64,000 nucleotides of DNA, taken from NCBI GenBank assembly GCA_029953675.1, contig JAMWBK010000004.1, positions 3,038,001 through 3,102,000 of the forward strand. Reading direction: 5' to 3'. The translations under genes were made by a program, and so were the position numbers. Positions 23,226 through 37,353 of the stretch are shown here, in pieces (position 1 is the first letter of the stretch; every line of letters starts with the position of its first letter). The notes under the pieces were generated by a model, which did not search any database, had not been told where the DNA came from, and saw nothing but the letters and a program-made list of their open reading frames with translations. This DNA is from Rhodosorus marinus CCMP1338 (Eukaryota > Plantae > Rhodophyta).

Positions 23226-24227
23226 CACGGAAAATCTCCTGAATGAAATCAAACAAACGAATCCAAGATTAAGGAAACCCTCCCAAAGCAAGTTTAGATT
23301 TCGCCTATGAAATCCGCGTTTTCAACACAGAATCGAACACGGGTATTCTTCCCTTAGGTGTCTACCTCTAACTCAACAGCTATGTCCAGCCGTGTGTTCC
23401 CGATGTGGTCTCCCCAGCGCAATCGTCAACTTTTTAAAAACCAAAAAATATGTATCGTATATTTTCCGGCTTTCGTAAATTACGCCCAATATATCGTTAA
23501 TTCAATGAGCGGGGTTATTTATTGCTAATACATTAAATAAAACATATACCCATTGTAGATATCAGTAAAGGACTTACTAGAAAAAAAATAAGAATTCGGA
23601 TGTACCAAAGACTCGCCTCCAACTCTACCCCTTTTTCTAAACCCATACTGTTGTTTACCAGTCCTCTTCTTCGCCTGTAGAAAATCGATTCAGCAATCCA
23701 TTTCCTTCGATTATACTTTCTTAAACAAGGATTGCGTTCGTCGACAACATCTTAGCACAACCCCTGCGTTCGCAGAGAAGAGTTTTCTAGGCAAAACCTT
23801 GAGCCCCACGACAACCCTCCTCCCTCCTCAAAAAAAGAAATCATGTGTTTCCGGGCTGAATTGTTTTTTATTGTGCCAACCCCCGGGGTCCAATTTCATC
23901 GAGTTCCAGGGGTAAAGAATAAGTAGAATATGCTTATCAAAATCTTAATTTCATAAATAGGCTATTGAACATCAATACAAAAGATCTAGATTTTGGCGTA
24001 TTTCTATGAAAATCCAATACTTTGGTTTTTCCCTTCCCATCGAGCGCCTGTTAGGATTTCATCGCTAGAATTTCGTTATTGTTTGTTTGATGAAAATAAT
24101 CTGGAATTACATTTCGAGGAAGTTTACCCTGGGTTAGGTTTACTTCACTACTCAAGATTGATCCTAAATTCTTTGGATAATTGATTTTGGTCTTTTGCTT
24201 CTGGGGTTGTCCATGAAATGCTGTTCA

Positions 24228-24251
24228 GAGAGAGAGGGAGAGAGAGAGAGA
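24228..24251. repeat. Imperfect (GA)n microsatellite
   Basis: AGAGAGAGAGGGAGAGAGAGAGAG upstream of UBE2W. Confidence 0.8.
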
Positions 24252-24712
24252 ATCATATTGGGGAAAGGAGCTCGCTTTCAAGCAGAAAGGCGTACTTTAT
24301 GTCCCAGTTTGCATGGGATATGTATGGCTTGCCGAGGTTGAGATTTGGGTTGAAGACAAGGGTTAAAGCTGGGATGATGTCGTATACAGAAACATGAGCA
24401 GATAGAAGTCACTACGTGCGAGAAAATCTCAAGTTTGATCGAAGGTATTATTAGCTGTCTGTGATGCGAGCGTTGGTTTTCTTTTAAGGCGTGTTGCTGG
24501 TGTGCTTTTGCCTTGGAAATACTACTCTGGTTTGGGAGTGAAGCGGTTGTTGCGAGGGAAGGCTGGGTGTGGTACAAGGTCAGGTTTGGGTGAGGCGCAG
24601 GTGTGGATTGAGGGGAATTTGTACGTTGTAAGTGGTTTCTTGCGCCTGTTGTTGGGGACGTTTGTATGTTTGGTTGTTCTTTGCGTTTCAGCGTTTCTGT
24701 TTTGGAGAGGCC

Positions 24713-25684
24713 ATGCGTCGGAATCTGTCTAGACAGGCCCAGAAGCGGTTAATGAATGAGCTTGATGGATGGTTCGAGGGATCACCCGTGCCCGGAATGA
24801 AGGTCTTGTCAGCTGATTCCCTGGATGAGTATGCGTCTCTCAGAATTTTTTTGACTTGGACTGGATGCATGGAACACGTCACCTTGCATAGTCTGCTTTT
24901 CGCTTTGCAACTGGTTTGCGGTTGTTGAGTATTCTACTTTGGCGATTAACCTTGCTTTTTTCTGTCCGGGTAGATGGCTGGTTGAACTGGTTGGTGCGGA
25001 GAATACCGTTTATGCGAATGAGAGATACTTTCTGAAGTTCAGATTTCCGGAAGATGTAAGGCAAACCTTCGATACGAGTTTTGCTCGCCTCCCTGGAGTT
25101 ACCCGCTCGGAGGTTGATTGCCAAGTTGCTGTGTCTAACGAAACTACGCCGTCTGTGTTTCTTTTGTAGTATCCATTCGAACCTCCGGAGATTACGTTCC
25201 AGCAACCGGCCCCGCAGCATCCTCACGTGTACACTAACGGACATAGTGAGCCATGTCCGCATGAATACCAGCGCATTGAAAGCAGAGCAGCATGTCCGCT
25301 TTCTGGGAAGTTCAGCTTTTGTCTAACCGTTGAGTTTTACGGCGTGTGTTTCGTTTGCTTGTCAATAGTCTGCCTTAATATTCTCTTTGACGGATGGAGT
25401 CCTGCTCTGACGGTGACATCAATATGTCTGAGCATCTTGAGCATGTTGAGTAGCGCGAATAGGAAGGTACTGGGAACATCATTCACATCTTCGGACACCT
25501 AAATGATGACAGTCCACGACCTACCTGTCCACTTATTTGGGATATTCTCAATATTCTCTGAAAGACCTTTTTCCTTGTTGCGTTCTTTTAGGGAATTCCT
25601 CCTGACAACGATACGTATGTGGCCAAGTCTCACGGCAAATCGCCAAAGGAAACCAGATGGATGTTCCACGATGACTCTGTGTAG
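24713..25684 (+). CDS. UBE2W: Ubiquitin-conjugating enzyme E2 W (Ubc16-like)
   Basis: AQKRLMNEL, YFLKFRFPEDYPFEPPE, HPHVYTNGHICLNIL, WSPALTVTSICLSILSMLSS, C-terminal WMFHDDSV; five exons in phase. Confidence 0.93.
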
Positions 25685-27054
25685 AGAAGTTGCTTGCATT
25701 CTTGTCACAATTGGAACTCTAGCGCCACCATAACTATGAACAGTTTAAGGGGAGGATTACCTGCCGCAAATTCAGTCAAAAGTACTAACTAGGAAGTTAT
25801 ATGTATGAGAGAAGCGTGGTCACCGGAGGAGGTCATTTCTGCCTTCCGCGTCCAAATATTTAGTCATCAGTCCACTGCCCATATGGGTTTGAGGTGAACC
25901 TCTCGTCTCGAGGCATTAGCTAGTGAGAATCAGTGCGGAATTTCTGGTTCATGGGGCTCCTCTTGGCTTAGACATATGAGCGAGGTGCAGAAGGATCTCG
26001 ATTAGATCTTGATCAAACAAGAGACTTGAGCACTTCTTGTGAAGGGGAAGCGCGGCAAAGCGTCCGGAGGGTTTGAACCTATCTATCTCGTGCGAGCGCA
26101 CAAGGTTGACGGTCGCCAGCCATCCAAGAGCGAGCGAGTGGCTGATACCGGGGACTAGGGGAGGAGCCCAGAGCGCTCGCAAATAGATCAGAATCAACGA
26201 GTACACTATAGTTCATCGTCATCAGCGGCATATGCAGATGAAGCCGTTCAATGGACGGGCAGTGGAAAATACCTCGATGACGCCCTATTGTACTTGCCGG
26301 CGTCAGAACATCCTCTTCCAAAGGTGAAGACTTGTAAAAAAAAAATCAAACGAAAAGAAGAAGGGAAGAACATGAACGGAGGAGAAAGGGGGTGGGGGGG
26401 AGAGGCCGGGTCCGGCAATTGGTAGTCCACCACCAAAATCCACTTCCGAGAGGCCCGTTTGCATCTAAAGTCATCCGGGAAACCCCCGAAATTTGATACC
26501 TGGAAACACTCAAAATTGACTAGATCAATCATTAACGATTCTGTTTTGGATTGAGGGCATTTTCACTCATGACGGTTGGTCGTCTCGTGGTCTCGGTCGG
26601 TGTCATTGGCACGGGGCCGAATAGTCTCTCTAGTGAAGGTTCGTTTCCAGTACTTTGCTGTTGAGAACAGTGTCCGGAGTCGAAGCTCTATGGACATGTA
26701 TGTTTTCGTACGTACGTCAGTATTTTTTTAGTAGTAAGTAAGATTAGGATTCTGCGGTTCCATTCGGAAGTCATTGTTGAAGGCTGAGGGTGCGTCGGGT
26801 CTGTGTGTGGAGAGCTTCTGGTTGACTGGTATAGAGGACCAGTGAATTGTGTTGTATGAGTATTATGAACTGATTGGAAATGCCTGGACCTTTTGGCTTT
26901 ATTGCCAGGATTGTTGACTGAGAAGGATCAAAGAGAGTTCGCGTTCGCCTCGGGAGGGTCTTGTTCAAGGGGGCAGTGCGAGTTGCCGAGAAAACATTGT
27001 ATGCGGGTTGCGACTAGGCTTTTGCTTGCGAAGGGCTGAGCGGGATTGTACATT

Positions 27055-28448
27055 ATGAAGTCTGTTCCCAGGGAGCTGAGCGGCATTAGGGATAAGGTTG
27101 CGAGGAGGAGGGTGGTATTGGAAGAGAAAGCTGTGAAGAAGAAGGACCGTCGGGAAGCGCGAAAATCGAGGGAAAAGGAGAGAGAAAGGCTTGGAAGCGA
27201 GGTAAAGCAAATTCGTCTCGTTGGTTCCTCCTTGCTTTACTTGCATGGAAATCTGGCAGGATCGCTGGCGTTGTTCCCCGTTGGATTTCCGGACTCAGCT
27301 CAGATTGCGACCCCCACTGCTGCCGTGTTGTTGCCTTGTGTGTCTAAAAGGCTTGGTAATCCTGATTGATCCTTTCTTTGAATTTTGTGGCTGTGAAATT
27401 AAGGCGCCTCCTAAGCAGGAGCCTCGAACTCTAGAGAATACAAGAGAACATGATGAGACTATTGTGCAGAGAGGAGATGAGGTATGGTTTTTCGAAGCTC
27501 CCAAATGCGTTTATCTTCTGGAGGGGCATCTGAATCTCAGCTTGGTTTTGATTTGATAGGCTGTCACCGAGGCGGAGCAGGTTGACGAGTTTGCGGGTGT
27601 CTTTGGTGGAGAGGTCACCCCAAAGATTTTGGTAACGACTGGGTATCGAGCGACTCGAGTAACCTACGAGTTTCTTAAGGATTTTGTAGCAGTCATTCCG
27701 AATATTGTCTACTACAAGAGGGGACAATACGAGCTCAAGAAAATTGTTAAGTATGCTACGAGCAAGGACTTCACTGATATTATCGTGGTCCGCGAGGACC
27801 ACAAGCTGCTCACTGGCCTTGTACACTGCCACCTTCCGGATGGGCCAACCGCCGAGTATCGACTGACTTCGTACCTGCCGTCAGGCCGTATCCGAAACCG
27901 GGGGAAGAGCACCTCGCATACGCCTGAAGTACGTCATATATTTTTGACTGGTCCTGTCCCTGAGGAGCAAGAGCTCTTCTCTGATCTGCTTGCGCTTCCA
28001 TGTCATTAGGTCATCCTGAACAACTTTACAACGAGATTGGGTCGCAGAGTTGGAAGAATGATAGGTGCTCTGTTTCCCCACAATCCAGAGTTTCGAGGAC
28101 GACAAGCAGTCACAATTCACAACCAAAGGGACTTTTTGTTTTTCAGATTCCATCGGTGAGTGTTCATCATGATGTGCATTTTCAGGATTCTGGGCTCCTC
28201 GCTTTTCTATTATTCTCGAAATGAGGTCGATCAGTAGTTTCCTGAGACATCTCTCACCCATAACTTGTACATGCACCAGGTACGTTTTCTCCGAAGCCGG
28301 GGAAAGGGTCCGACTTCAAGAGCTTGGTCCCAGATTTACCCTCAAGCTGAAAAGCTTGCACGGAGGTACATTTGATCCTGCCGGTGGGGAGTTCGAGTGG
28401 ATCCAGAAGAAGGACATGGTGACAAGCAGGCGACGATTCGTTCTATGA
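27055..28448 (+). CDS. RPF1: Ribosome production factor 1 (Brix family)
   Basis: [82 protein letters not shown]; several introns. Confidence 0.93.
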
Positions 28449-29110
28449 CTTCTGGACGGGATGCTGGAAATTCTCGTCCCGTATATATAATTGGGAAGCT
28501 GGAAATGTATTTAACAGTGAAGTTTGGTTGCCTCACATAAAGCTCTTGCAAAGCAATCTGTGATTTTGTATAAGGACGGTTTGCATGTGCTGGTTTCCCC
28601 TTCTCCTTTGCTTTTGCTGGATGAAGCAGTAGAAAACTAATATCGCTAGCCCGAGATGGAAGCGGTAGAGAGAACACGAGAGCAAGTGCTCGAACGGATC
28701 CTTGCTAGTCCCCACACGTGATTTCCAACGAAAATAATCAGAAATCCTTTTGCGATGGTTAGGACACTCAATACACGCACGGGAGTACCACCACCACAGA
28801 TGTGCTCACACATAAGCCGAATTGCGGTACTGCCTCGTGGGATCTGTGCACGGCCCAAAATAATCATTTAGCTCGTCGTGAGGAGGAAACAAACAAATAC
28901 ATACAACCCCCGATTGCGAAATCGTGGTCAATCGTTTCTGTTGCATATATCGAACTTGCAACGTCGCTTAAAATATACAGGCACCACCTGCTTACATAAG
29001 TACTCCGCCGATACGAAGGATTTCACTTTCTGCTTCAACAGGGGTTGTCCTGGTTTGGGCTTCCTCTGCTCGTCACGCAGACGGTTGTGGGGTGACCTCC
29101 GTCTTCGGTA

Positions 29111-31561
29111 TTAAAGCCTGAGGACCGCCAATGAAAGCACTATGTTGCCTGCAAGCAGTACTGTCCCACCTATCAGCATTCCAGTTTTCAGTTTCTGCTG
29201 CATCCAATCCGCCATGCGTGGTCGAAAAATTCTGACGAATAGGATAGCACTGTCACGGAGGGCAGAACAGCAAATCTGTAAGCAAGTGTTCCCCAGAGAG
29301 AGGTGCGGCGTGGTTCCATGACCAACTCTCAAAAACCAGAGCCTCTTCCAAACCTTACCTGGCTTCTCCATCAAGGAAAAATACAGGAGCCATATTCAAA
29401 ATTGCAAGACAGAGCGAAACACTGAACGTGTACTGGAACAATCGATCCAGCTTCCTTGGAAAATCCAGCTCAACCGTAAGCTCATACAGAGAAGGAAAAT
29501 TCTGCAAGAGAAAGTTAACCCGAGGCAAATAATTGGAAAGCATCACGGATGTTCGAAGCGTTTCTGGTGTTCCTGTTGTTCCACCAAAAGAAGCATTGTT
29601 TGCGTTATAGATCGCAAAGATTTACGGTGTTAATCCACCAACAAAGGAGAGTCACGAGGCCATGGGAAGAAAAACACGCCTACCTTGAAAGATCACATGC
29701 CGATGGGCATAAGACTTCCGCGCATTGAAGACGCTTACGTTGTGCAGTTGCTGGCCGTCCGGAAGCACTGGGAAAAAACAGTTTGTGGCGTTGACCAGGC
29801 TTTTCTGGGAGTTGCAACCCGTCGTCTTCGTGCAGTACTCCTGCTGGCTTGCTGCGCCTGGCTGAACACACACACGAGTACTCTGATTCTCTAGCAAGTC
29901 GCTGAAGCACTGGTAACCGTCCTCGCTGGTTAAACGAGACAGTAATCGCAATCAGGGCATCTTCAGCAGCGAGAAACGCTTATTATCAGTAGCAGCAGGA
30001 GACTTCGTACCTCGTGGTCCCAAGCGCGCAGCATTCAAGCGGTGCTCTTGCGTTGCTCTTCAAAAATTGTTTGCTGAAGCAAAATCCAAATGATTGCGGG
30101 TGCTCGTCATTCTGCAGCTCCTGAAGGGCTACGTGAAATGCGATGTAGTCGTGGATGGGCTTTTGATTAATGGCGGTTATGACGTCACCTGTTGACGCAA
30201 AAAGGGTTAGCAAGGTCAGTTTGATGGGTTTGCTTGACGTGTACGACGGCGTTCAGAAAACTCCTGCAACACGAGCTCTTGCCTGGAAATATGTGATGTT
30301 GAAGAGGGGAGTTATCCGGTACACCGGTGACGACCGCGCCGTGGTGGTATGAGTAAAAGGGAAACAACGTGATTGGCAAAAACGCTATCGCAATTACGCA
30401 AGTAATGGACACAGCCACATTGTGCCATGCACCTGCGCAGTATACCTGTTCGATTGCAGCGGTAGTCGTAGACCATCATCAGCAATAAAAAGCGCACCGC
30501 AAGCAAGGACACCCAACAGTAGACTGAGCTCGCGTCATACCTTGAGCTGCCTCCAGGGAGTAAGCTGGTCTATACCATCGATCTGCACATAGGCACCGGG
30601 GAATATCAGAGCTAGGAAGCCCCCAACCCCATTCAGCCGTAGCTCCTCCGTGCCGGCGGCTAGAGCATGCCCCAACTCATGAAAAAGTGCACTGACCAAG
30701 AGCGCAAACAGAATATATCCAAGCTGGGACTTTGGGAGGTTAATCCCTATGAAGAAGAAAACAAAATTATCTGTTTAGTAGCCCGCTCGGAAAAGTCGCA
30801 GATGCATGACGTGTCCGTGTAAGGGCGATTTCAATAGCTAGCTCTTCCTCGTCCTGGCATAGCATACCGGGTAAAAGTGGAGTAAGAAACCCGCTTGATT
30901 TTCCAATATCCTGCCCCGCGAGCTTCATTGTTTCTTCCGCTCTTTGTACGGTGTCTGCGAACTCTATATTCACGTAGTGATCTGTGAAGCCATCCTCGGC
31001 TAGGGGGTCCAACTCCTGTAATTCCCTGCTATGGTACTCAAGGTCTGCGCTCAATAACTGGTGGCGGTGCGGTTGCACTGGATACGGCGAGCGAAAGAAG
31101 GCGAAGTCAGTATCATTGGAAAGCTCAGAGAACGCAGCATTGGCATGAATGAAAAAGGAGCGATGATTACCGGCTCCAAGATCCGCGGCACCCAATCCTG
31201 ACATTTGAGTTGTTCTCGCTCCTTGCAAAGAAGAACCATTTCCAGTGGTAAGGGCCATCCATACGTGTGCGAAAGTGATTCCGAAATTGCCGACAAGCAG
31301 GATGACCGAGAATATCAACCCCACAAGCCCGAAGGTAACGCCAAGCGAGAACCAGATGTCCCACCATCTCCTGTATTTGTGTGAGATATTGGACAAAGCT
31401 GCATCGTATCTAGTTGTCGTCCATGAAACATACCCAAGGTATAGGGAAATGTTCCGAGAGTCCAACCATCTGGAAATCCTTTCTTCAGACCTAACCTCCA
31501 ACCACTTGATCAGGGCAAACACTCCAATCCAAAGCAGGAGCGCCCATATCAAGATCACCAT
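29111..31561 (-). CDS. MBTPS2: Site-2 protease (M50 intramembrane metalloprotease)
   Basis: WFSLGVTFG, LTPLLPG|INLP, ALFHELGHAL (HExxH, about 30665-30690), Cys-rich PDZ-like insert, ILNMAPVFFLDG; many canonical introns. Confidence 0.92.
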
Positions 31562-32944
31562 CCGCTGAAACTAGTTGTCTACCTGAGGTCAACTTTCCGC
31601 TCCACACACGCTCCACATCTTCACCTAAACATCGTCCATACAGAAGATTCACACACTATTTCTGAAAATAAGGGCACATACATATATATATATACTGGTA
31701 CGTGTTGAAAGCCTTTCCCGTAGTGCACCGTTAGCAAACTCCGATTCTTCAAACTCCGACTTTCTCTAACGAACCCAACGTGACCTTCTCCAAGCACTCG
31801 AGCTCCAGCTTACAACTTCTTAAACAAGAAAGAAATACAACAACAGGAATGTTCAAACTTTCCTCAACAAGCCGAATTACCTTGCTCACCACCCTCGCGC
31901 GGTCATAGGTACCAACTTTCCGAACCCGAAAACTGACCCCTTCGCACTCTCATAACAAAAAAAAGGAGCTCATACTAACTGTCACATCCAGTATTCAGTC
32001 TATTATTTTGTCAACGATAAATTTATTCTTTAAATACCTATTTCTTCCGTATATTTGCAATCAAAATATGATGACGATTAACAAGTTTCGCAAGTACGTT
32101 GAATTGGAGTCTCTGCAAAGGGTTTCTTGTGTTGTAAAAAACCCAAAAAAGCTGGAACGATCTAAAAGCAACCCCTGCGGCATTCCTTTATTTTCTCTTA
32201 TTTTCTTAAACGGATGGTGTTGGTCAGTCCACAAACAAATTGTTTTTGTATTCTTTGAATTATTTTAGGTTTTGCTGTATGAGAGCGAGTATTCGAAAGC
32301 AACACTATATAGTGACGGACAGACAGCACCCTGCAGAGTACCCGATGTCCTCTGAAATGTGTTCGTTCGCCCATTGAAGATTTCTGTCAATGCTGTTGAC
32401 GTAAATAAATTGGGTTAACTTTTTTGTTAGATCTTATGCGTTTTGGGTTCCTTGTCTAGGGGTAAAATTCCACTTTACCTGTGTGTGTGTGCGCACTGCT
32501 CGTTCTTTTTGGCGAACTAGGAACAGGTTTTCGCTGATACCGCCTGGTTCACTAGATTGTTGAACTCAAGGTGGCTTGTTGTTGTTGTGGTGATGGTGCG
32601 CTGTGTCATCTACCTTTAAGATTTATTGCTTTGAAGGGCATTGCGATTTTAAGCAGTCGTTCAGGCCTCTGCTGTTAGTTTTTGATAGCTGGTTCGACCG
32701 AGCCGGGAGTATCTGTTGTGAGTAGCGAGGGTTTTGGAGGTGTTTCAGGGCCATACGAATGGCTGTCCATCATCGCAGGCAAAGCTTGACTGATTCTTGA
32801 TATCATTGTCTGAACGAAGAGCACTCCAGCAAATAAATTCAGAATAGTTATTAGACCCGGCTTATCACAAAGCCGACATTAGCTCTTGACGAAGACTGAA
32901 GCAGCTGATGTCCAGACCTTGGGCTCATCGAGGACTTTTAGTCT

Positions 32945-32968
32945 GGCCCAGGGCTATAGCCCAGGGCC
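32945..32968. repeat. 24-bp near-perfect palindrome
   Basis: GGCCCAGGGCTATAGCCCAGGGCC equals its reverse complement except for one A/A pair; core GGGCTATAGCCC is perfect. Confidence 0.85.
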
Positions 32969-35305
32969 GGCCTATGCTGGTTTTTTCCACGCGCACACTG
33001 GTTTAAGGGTTTTAACCAGCTAAACTCAGATTTCCGAAACGCCTTTATGGTAAAGGGTTTGACGAGTATCCAATAAAGATTTCGCGCAAATTTAGCCGAT
33101 TATGTTGTTAATTTTGAATATATGTGGCCTAGCATGTCGTTTAATTTTTTTTTGTGTATGTGCAGCATTATCAGTCAGGACTTACACGTTCAGAGTACGG
33201 TTGAAAGAACAAGAAATTTGGAGTTTTCGGTTCTGAGATCTGCTGCTCGCTGACCCTCTAGAACGAAGCTCAGGCGGGAAGTATGCCGCCAAGGAGGTAA
33301 GCCAAAAGGAACCACGCTCCACTGGAAATGCCCGAACTCTGACACGACGCTGTCTTCGGTACATCTGGTCCAATGAATCCCCATACTTGTGCGTCTCTAT
33401 TAGTGCTGAGAGGTCAAGGGTATGCGGTCTTCACCGCAGGGGTGGCAACCTTACCATAGTAGTAGAAGATAATATCGGTACCATAGCGGATATACACTGT
33501 ATCTCAGGTAGAGTGAATGAGGACCGTCCATCGTAGCGGGAGACTACAAACGTTAAAGTACTTATTAGATGCATTTGTTGTATGGAGTCCGGGTACGAAT
33601 AAAGGGAAGGCATCTATGTTTGGGAAAAAGTTACAACAGAGGTCAATTTTCTCGTATTAGCATATTCGCAGAATATGGTTGTTGGCACTAAGAACTAATG
33701 AATTTCCAATGCTTCTCGCCACCCTTTTAGGGCTAAGCCTAAACCGTTGACGGTACGGAAACATGGAGCCCCCCTGGCTTCAGAACTCCGATTGTCGTCG
33801 AGAGCTAACAGTTTGCGTTCCAACAAGATCATGAGATTTCTTCCGCGCAGGTTACCCAGCTTGGCCTTCAGATGAAGATGAGTTTCTGTCAGTGGATGAG
33901 AGCTCACAGATGGGAGTGATGGATGGAACTAGGAATCAGCTCGATTCGCAACTGGTGGATAGACCGCTATCAATCACTAACCATCGTTTATGATAATCCT
34001 CTCCAGCACAATCCTAGGCCTCCTCATTGTCCCGACGCCCGAAAAGAATCATGGCGCGGGCCGAATTAATACCTTGTGGGGAAGAAACTCGGTCACCACT
34101 GAATTATGCTAATAATTAAAGGGGAACCTCAACAAATAACAATTTTATTCATAATTCATTGCTGTCATCTCGTCAAGCCGGACGAAGGAGACGCTTCAAT
34201 AATTTCTGAGTCAAAGAGAGAAACGTACTACGATATACTCTCTCAATCTCTGGGCGGAAGTGTCTTCAGTCGGTTCCATTCGACCGTCGACCTCCGGGTC
34301 TGCAGGTGCAAGTTCAGAGCTAGTGCCGATGTCCACTAAGCTTTTCGCTTCTTGCAGATTGCAAATTTCGGTCCGCTTCATCGACAGTCGGTCCATCGGA
34401 GGATAGCATTTTCTCGCCGTTAATTGCGTTCGTGAACCCCCTGGATTGGAATCAGGCTTTGACTAGTTCGAACTAAAACCGATCCCTGGATTCGAGGGGT
34501 AACCGCCCTGAGACGGAGAGTTACGCTCGACACAAGAAACGAGCCCCAAGAATAAGGGCGACTGAACTCCCAGAAGTCTAAACAAATGAGAGATTGGAAG
34601 CCTGACCGACGACGAAGTTGATCCGGGAAGCACTCGCGTATCCAGCACGCCAGCCAAAAAAAAAACCTGAGCATTAAGACCGCATAGGCCAGTCCCACAC
34701 CAAACCTAGCCTCCAAGATCTGTGCGTTGGCAGATTGTGAAGTTTTATATTATGAGACGACGTTGCATGCTCTAAGGAAATATGCTCTCCACAGAATGGA
34801 ATCAACGATTATGATTCCTAAGATAGGCGAGCTCTAGCTTGCCAATCCAAGAATAGAGAAAAGTGCTTGTCATTTTTAGCCTGCAGAAAGCCCCGCAGAA
34901 GGAACGGCGTAAATTTAGACGAGGTAAATGTTACTGAAAAACATAAAAACACACCACGAGATTATGGAATAACATCTGATTAGACGGAGGCAAATTTTTA
35001 AGAAATTATGGACACCTGTCCTTCGCACCCAAGAGACAGTCTGTCAGAAAATTGAACTATTTGGTTTTTCGGTTTTATTTTTCTCGAGGTTTTTCTAGTT
35101 TTCTTTCTTTTTGTGAAATTCCGCCGAGCAACGCCGGCGCAATCGGTGTTCTTGGATTCTGAGCATTGTAGGGTGGGGCAGGCAAAGCTTTGAGCATAGC
35201 GTTTGGCTGGGTACAGTCGGTGTGTGTGGGAAGGTGGTGAGTGGTTGCGGAGGCGAGACTAGGGATTGTTTTGGAGGTGCATGCTGTTTCGTTTGAAGGG
35301 TAAAC

Positions 35306-35897
35306 ATGGTACGTATAACTAGAAGAGACAATTTTCAGAATGTCTTCGTGCTCCAAAATAGCCTCCACGGGGGCTTTTTGTTGAGGCTCTGCGTGAGGAT
35401 GCTTAGGCTAACGTTTTGTTTGTTGTTCTAGGTGACCGTTCCGAAATCTAGGAAGACTTTCTGTCCGGCGAAGCAGTGCAAGAAGCACACTCTCCACAAG
35501 GTATCGCAGTACAAGAAGGGCAAGGACTCTCTTTTTGCGCAAGGTAAGAGACGGTACGATCGGAAGCAGACAGGGTTTGGCGGGCAAACGAAACCCGTGT
35601 TTAAGAAGAAGGTACGCATAATCAATGACAGCTTAGACGCTTCTCAGTACGAGAAATGGATGAGATGATAGCAATAGCTATCGTTGGCTGAGCGATGTGG
35701 TGAGAAATGGTTGTCTTCGGTGAGTCTGAGATTCCCTACTTTTTGTTGTTTTTCCCTTGTAGGCCAAGACTACCAAGAAGATTGTGCTGCGGTTGGAATG
35801 TAATACCTGCAAATACAAGTCTCAGGTGACAATCAAACGCTGCAAGCATTTCGAGCTCAGCGACCAGAAGAAATCGAAGGAGGGAGTTGCGTTCTAA
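35306..35897 (+). CDS. RPL36A: 60S ribosomal protein eL42 (L36a/L44)
   Basis: ATG-only exon 35306-35308, intron to 35431, [11 protein letters not shown]...[13 protein letters not shown] (to 35611), intron, [13 protein letters not shown]...KRCKHFEL from 35763. Confidence 0.97.
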
Positions 35898-36131
35898 TCT
35901 GTTCATTAATGGCACAGTGTTTCGATAATAAAAGGCTTTAATTTTTTACTCCACTTTACTGGCCACGAGGAGGGCTGTGAGGTGCATAGGCACTAGTTGA
36001 TAGCCTTGGCTTTCTCAAGTTTCGCAACGATTTGCAGATGGTTTTGCTCCTTTCCTCCAGGAGCACCTCGACCTTCTGCCGTATTTTGCGAGAATAGCCT
36101 CAGGTTTTTTCGTCGTATATGAGGTAGCACC

Positions 36132-36539
36132 TCAACGGCGCAGTGGAAAGTTTAGATTGCCACTAATGCTCGTTTTCGATACGCCCTGGATCCTGTGTAA
36201 CAAGCACTTATCCAACCACCAGAGCAGCGGTTTCCTTGAAGATGGATACTTTCTATCCTCCTCAACCACGACACCTTCATTCAGCACATCTGCTTGTCCC
36301 GATCGTTGTTGAGCAAATCGACTTGCACAATTCTGGCTAAACGTCTCGCAAGTAGAACTCCATCGTGTTGGATGACGGGGCTCACTGAACTGGTTTAATG
36401 CGGCAAGCTATCAAATCGTAAAGCACCATATCTTTCTTGATAAGAAAGAAAGGTGTTGTGTCTGTGACAACGTTGCGCTAGCGCGCTAGAAAGAACCTTT
36501 TGGGCTCACCAATGATAATGGTAATTTTGCGTGCGGCAT
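36132..36539 (-). CDS. Candidate 101-aa two-exon hypothetical protein
   Basis: Exon 36539-36510 (MPHAKLPLSL), phase-0 intron GTGAG...GATAG 36509-36408, then stop-free 36407-36132. No homology recognised. Confidence 0.3.
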
Positions 36540-37353
36540 GGGACAAAACCAAACCGCTGCAGACACATGCCCACATCTCCTGAAACGGAAATGGCAGTCG
36601 TCAAGACTTGCACCGAAAACTAGACGAGGATTGTGTCAATGTGTCCAAATCATGCCATGAACGTCTAGTTCTGGAGTAGAATATAACGTGTATCCTAAAA
36701 ATAGCGAAATCCATCAGCAACGAAAAAGATAGAAAAAAATCAACGGAGATATCGTATCCTCAGGTCAAGCCTTTCAAATCGCACTCGGAAATCTATCCAG
36801 CTTTTAAAACATCAATATTATTTGAAGATAGGATTCGATGCACACAAAAAGAAAATACTCAGGGCGGGGTCAGAGTATCCTGGTCTTGCTGGTTTTGCAT
36901 TTAGGACAGCCATTCCCACGGACACGAACAGGGGGGTTAAAATAATCTGAACGAATGTGCCGGTTTCGCAGATAGATTAAAAATAGGAAATTGAATATTT
37001 GTATGAGGGGTTGATAAGAAGGGAAATAGTTGAATGCTTTTAGCTTGTGGAGAGTCCTAAAGCTTGGAATGTGAGGGTGGGGGTATGCCCCAAGCTTAAA
37101 AGGAGACGAGTCGAATTGATGGGTTTTACTAATTGAGGGAGTGAGGGAAAGGGACGGAATGTTGAGGAGGTCTTGTGTATCGGGCTTGTGATGGTTGTTG
37201 TTTGGGGGTGGTGAGGGAGTGAGGGGAGAGAGTTAGTAGTAAGGGCAGCGCGAGAAGAGAATATAGAAGGGTTGAGAGGTTTTCGAGAACTTTCTGTCTA
37301 GGGTGTTTGGAATTACTACTGCTGTTTGTTTTTAGGCGCCGAATGAAGGAACG

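Noticed and set aside
30900-31300. Long insert before the HExxH motif of the site-2 protease
   Set aside because: Eukaryotic S2P proteins commonly have a variable low-complexity segment at this position.
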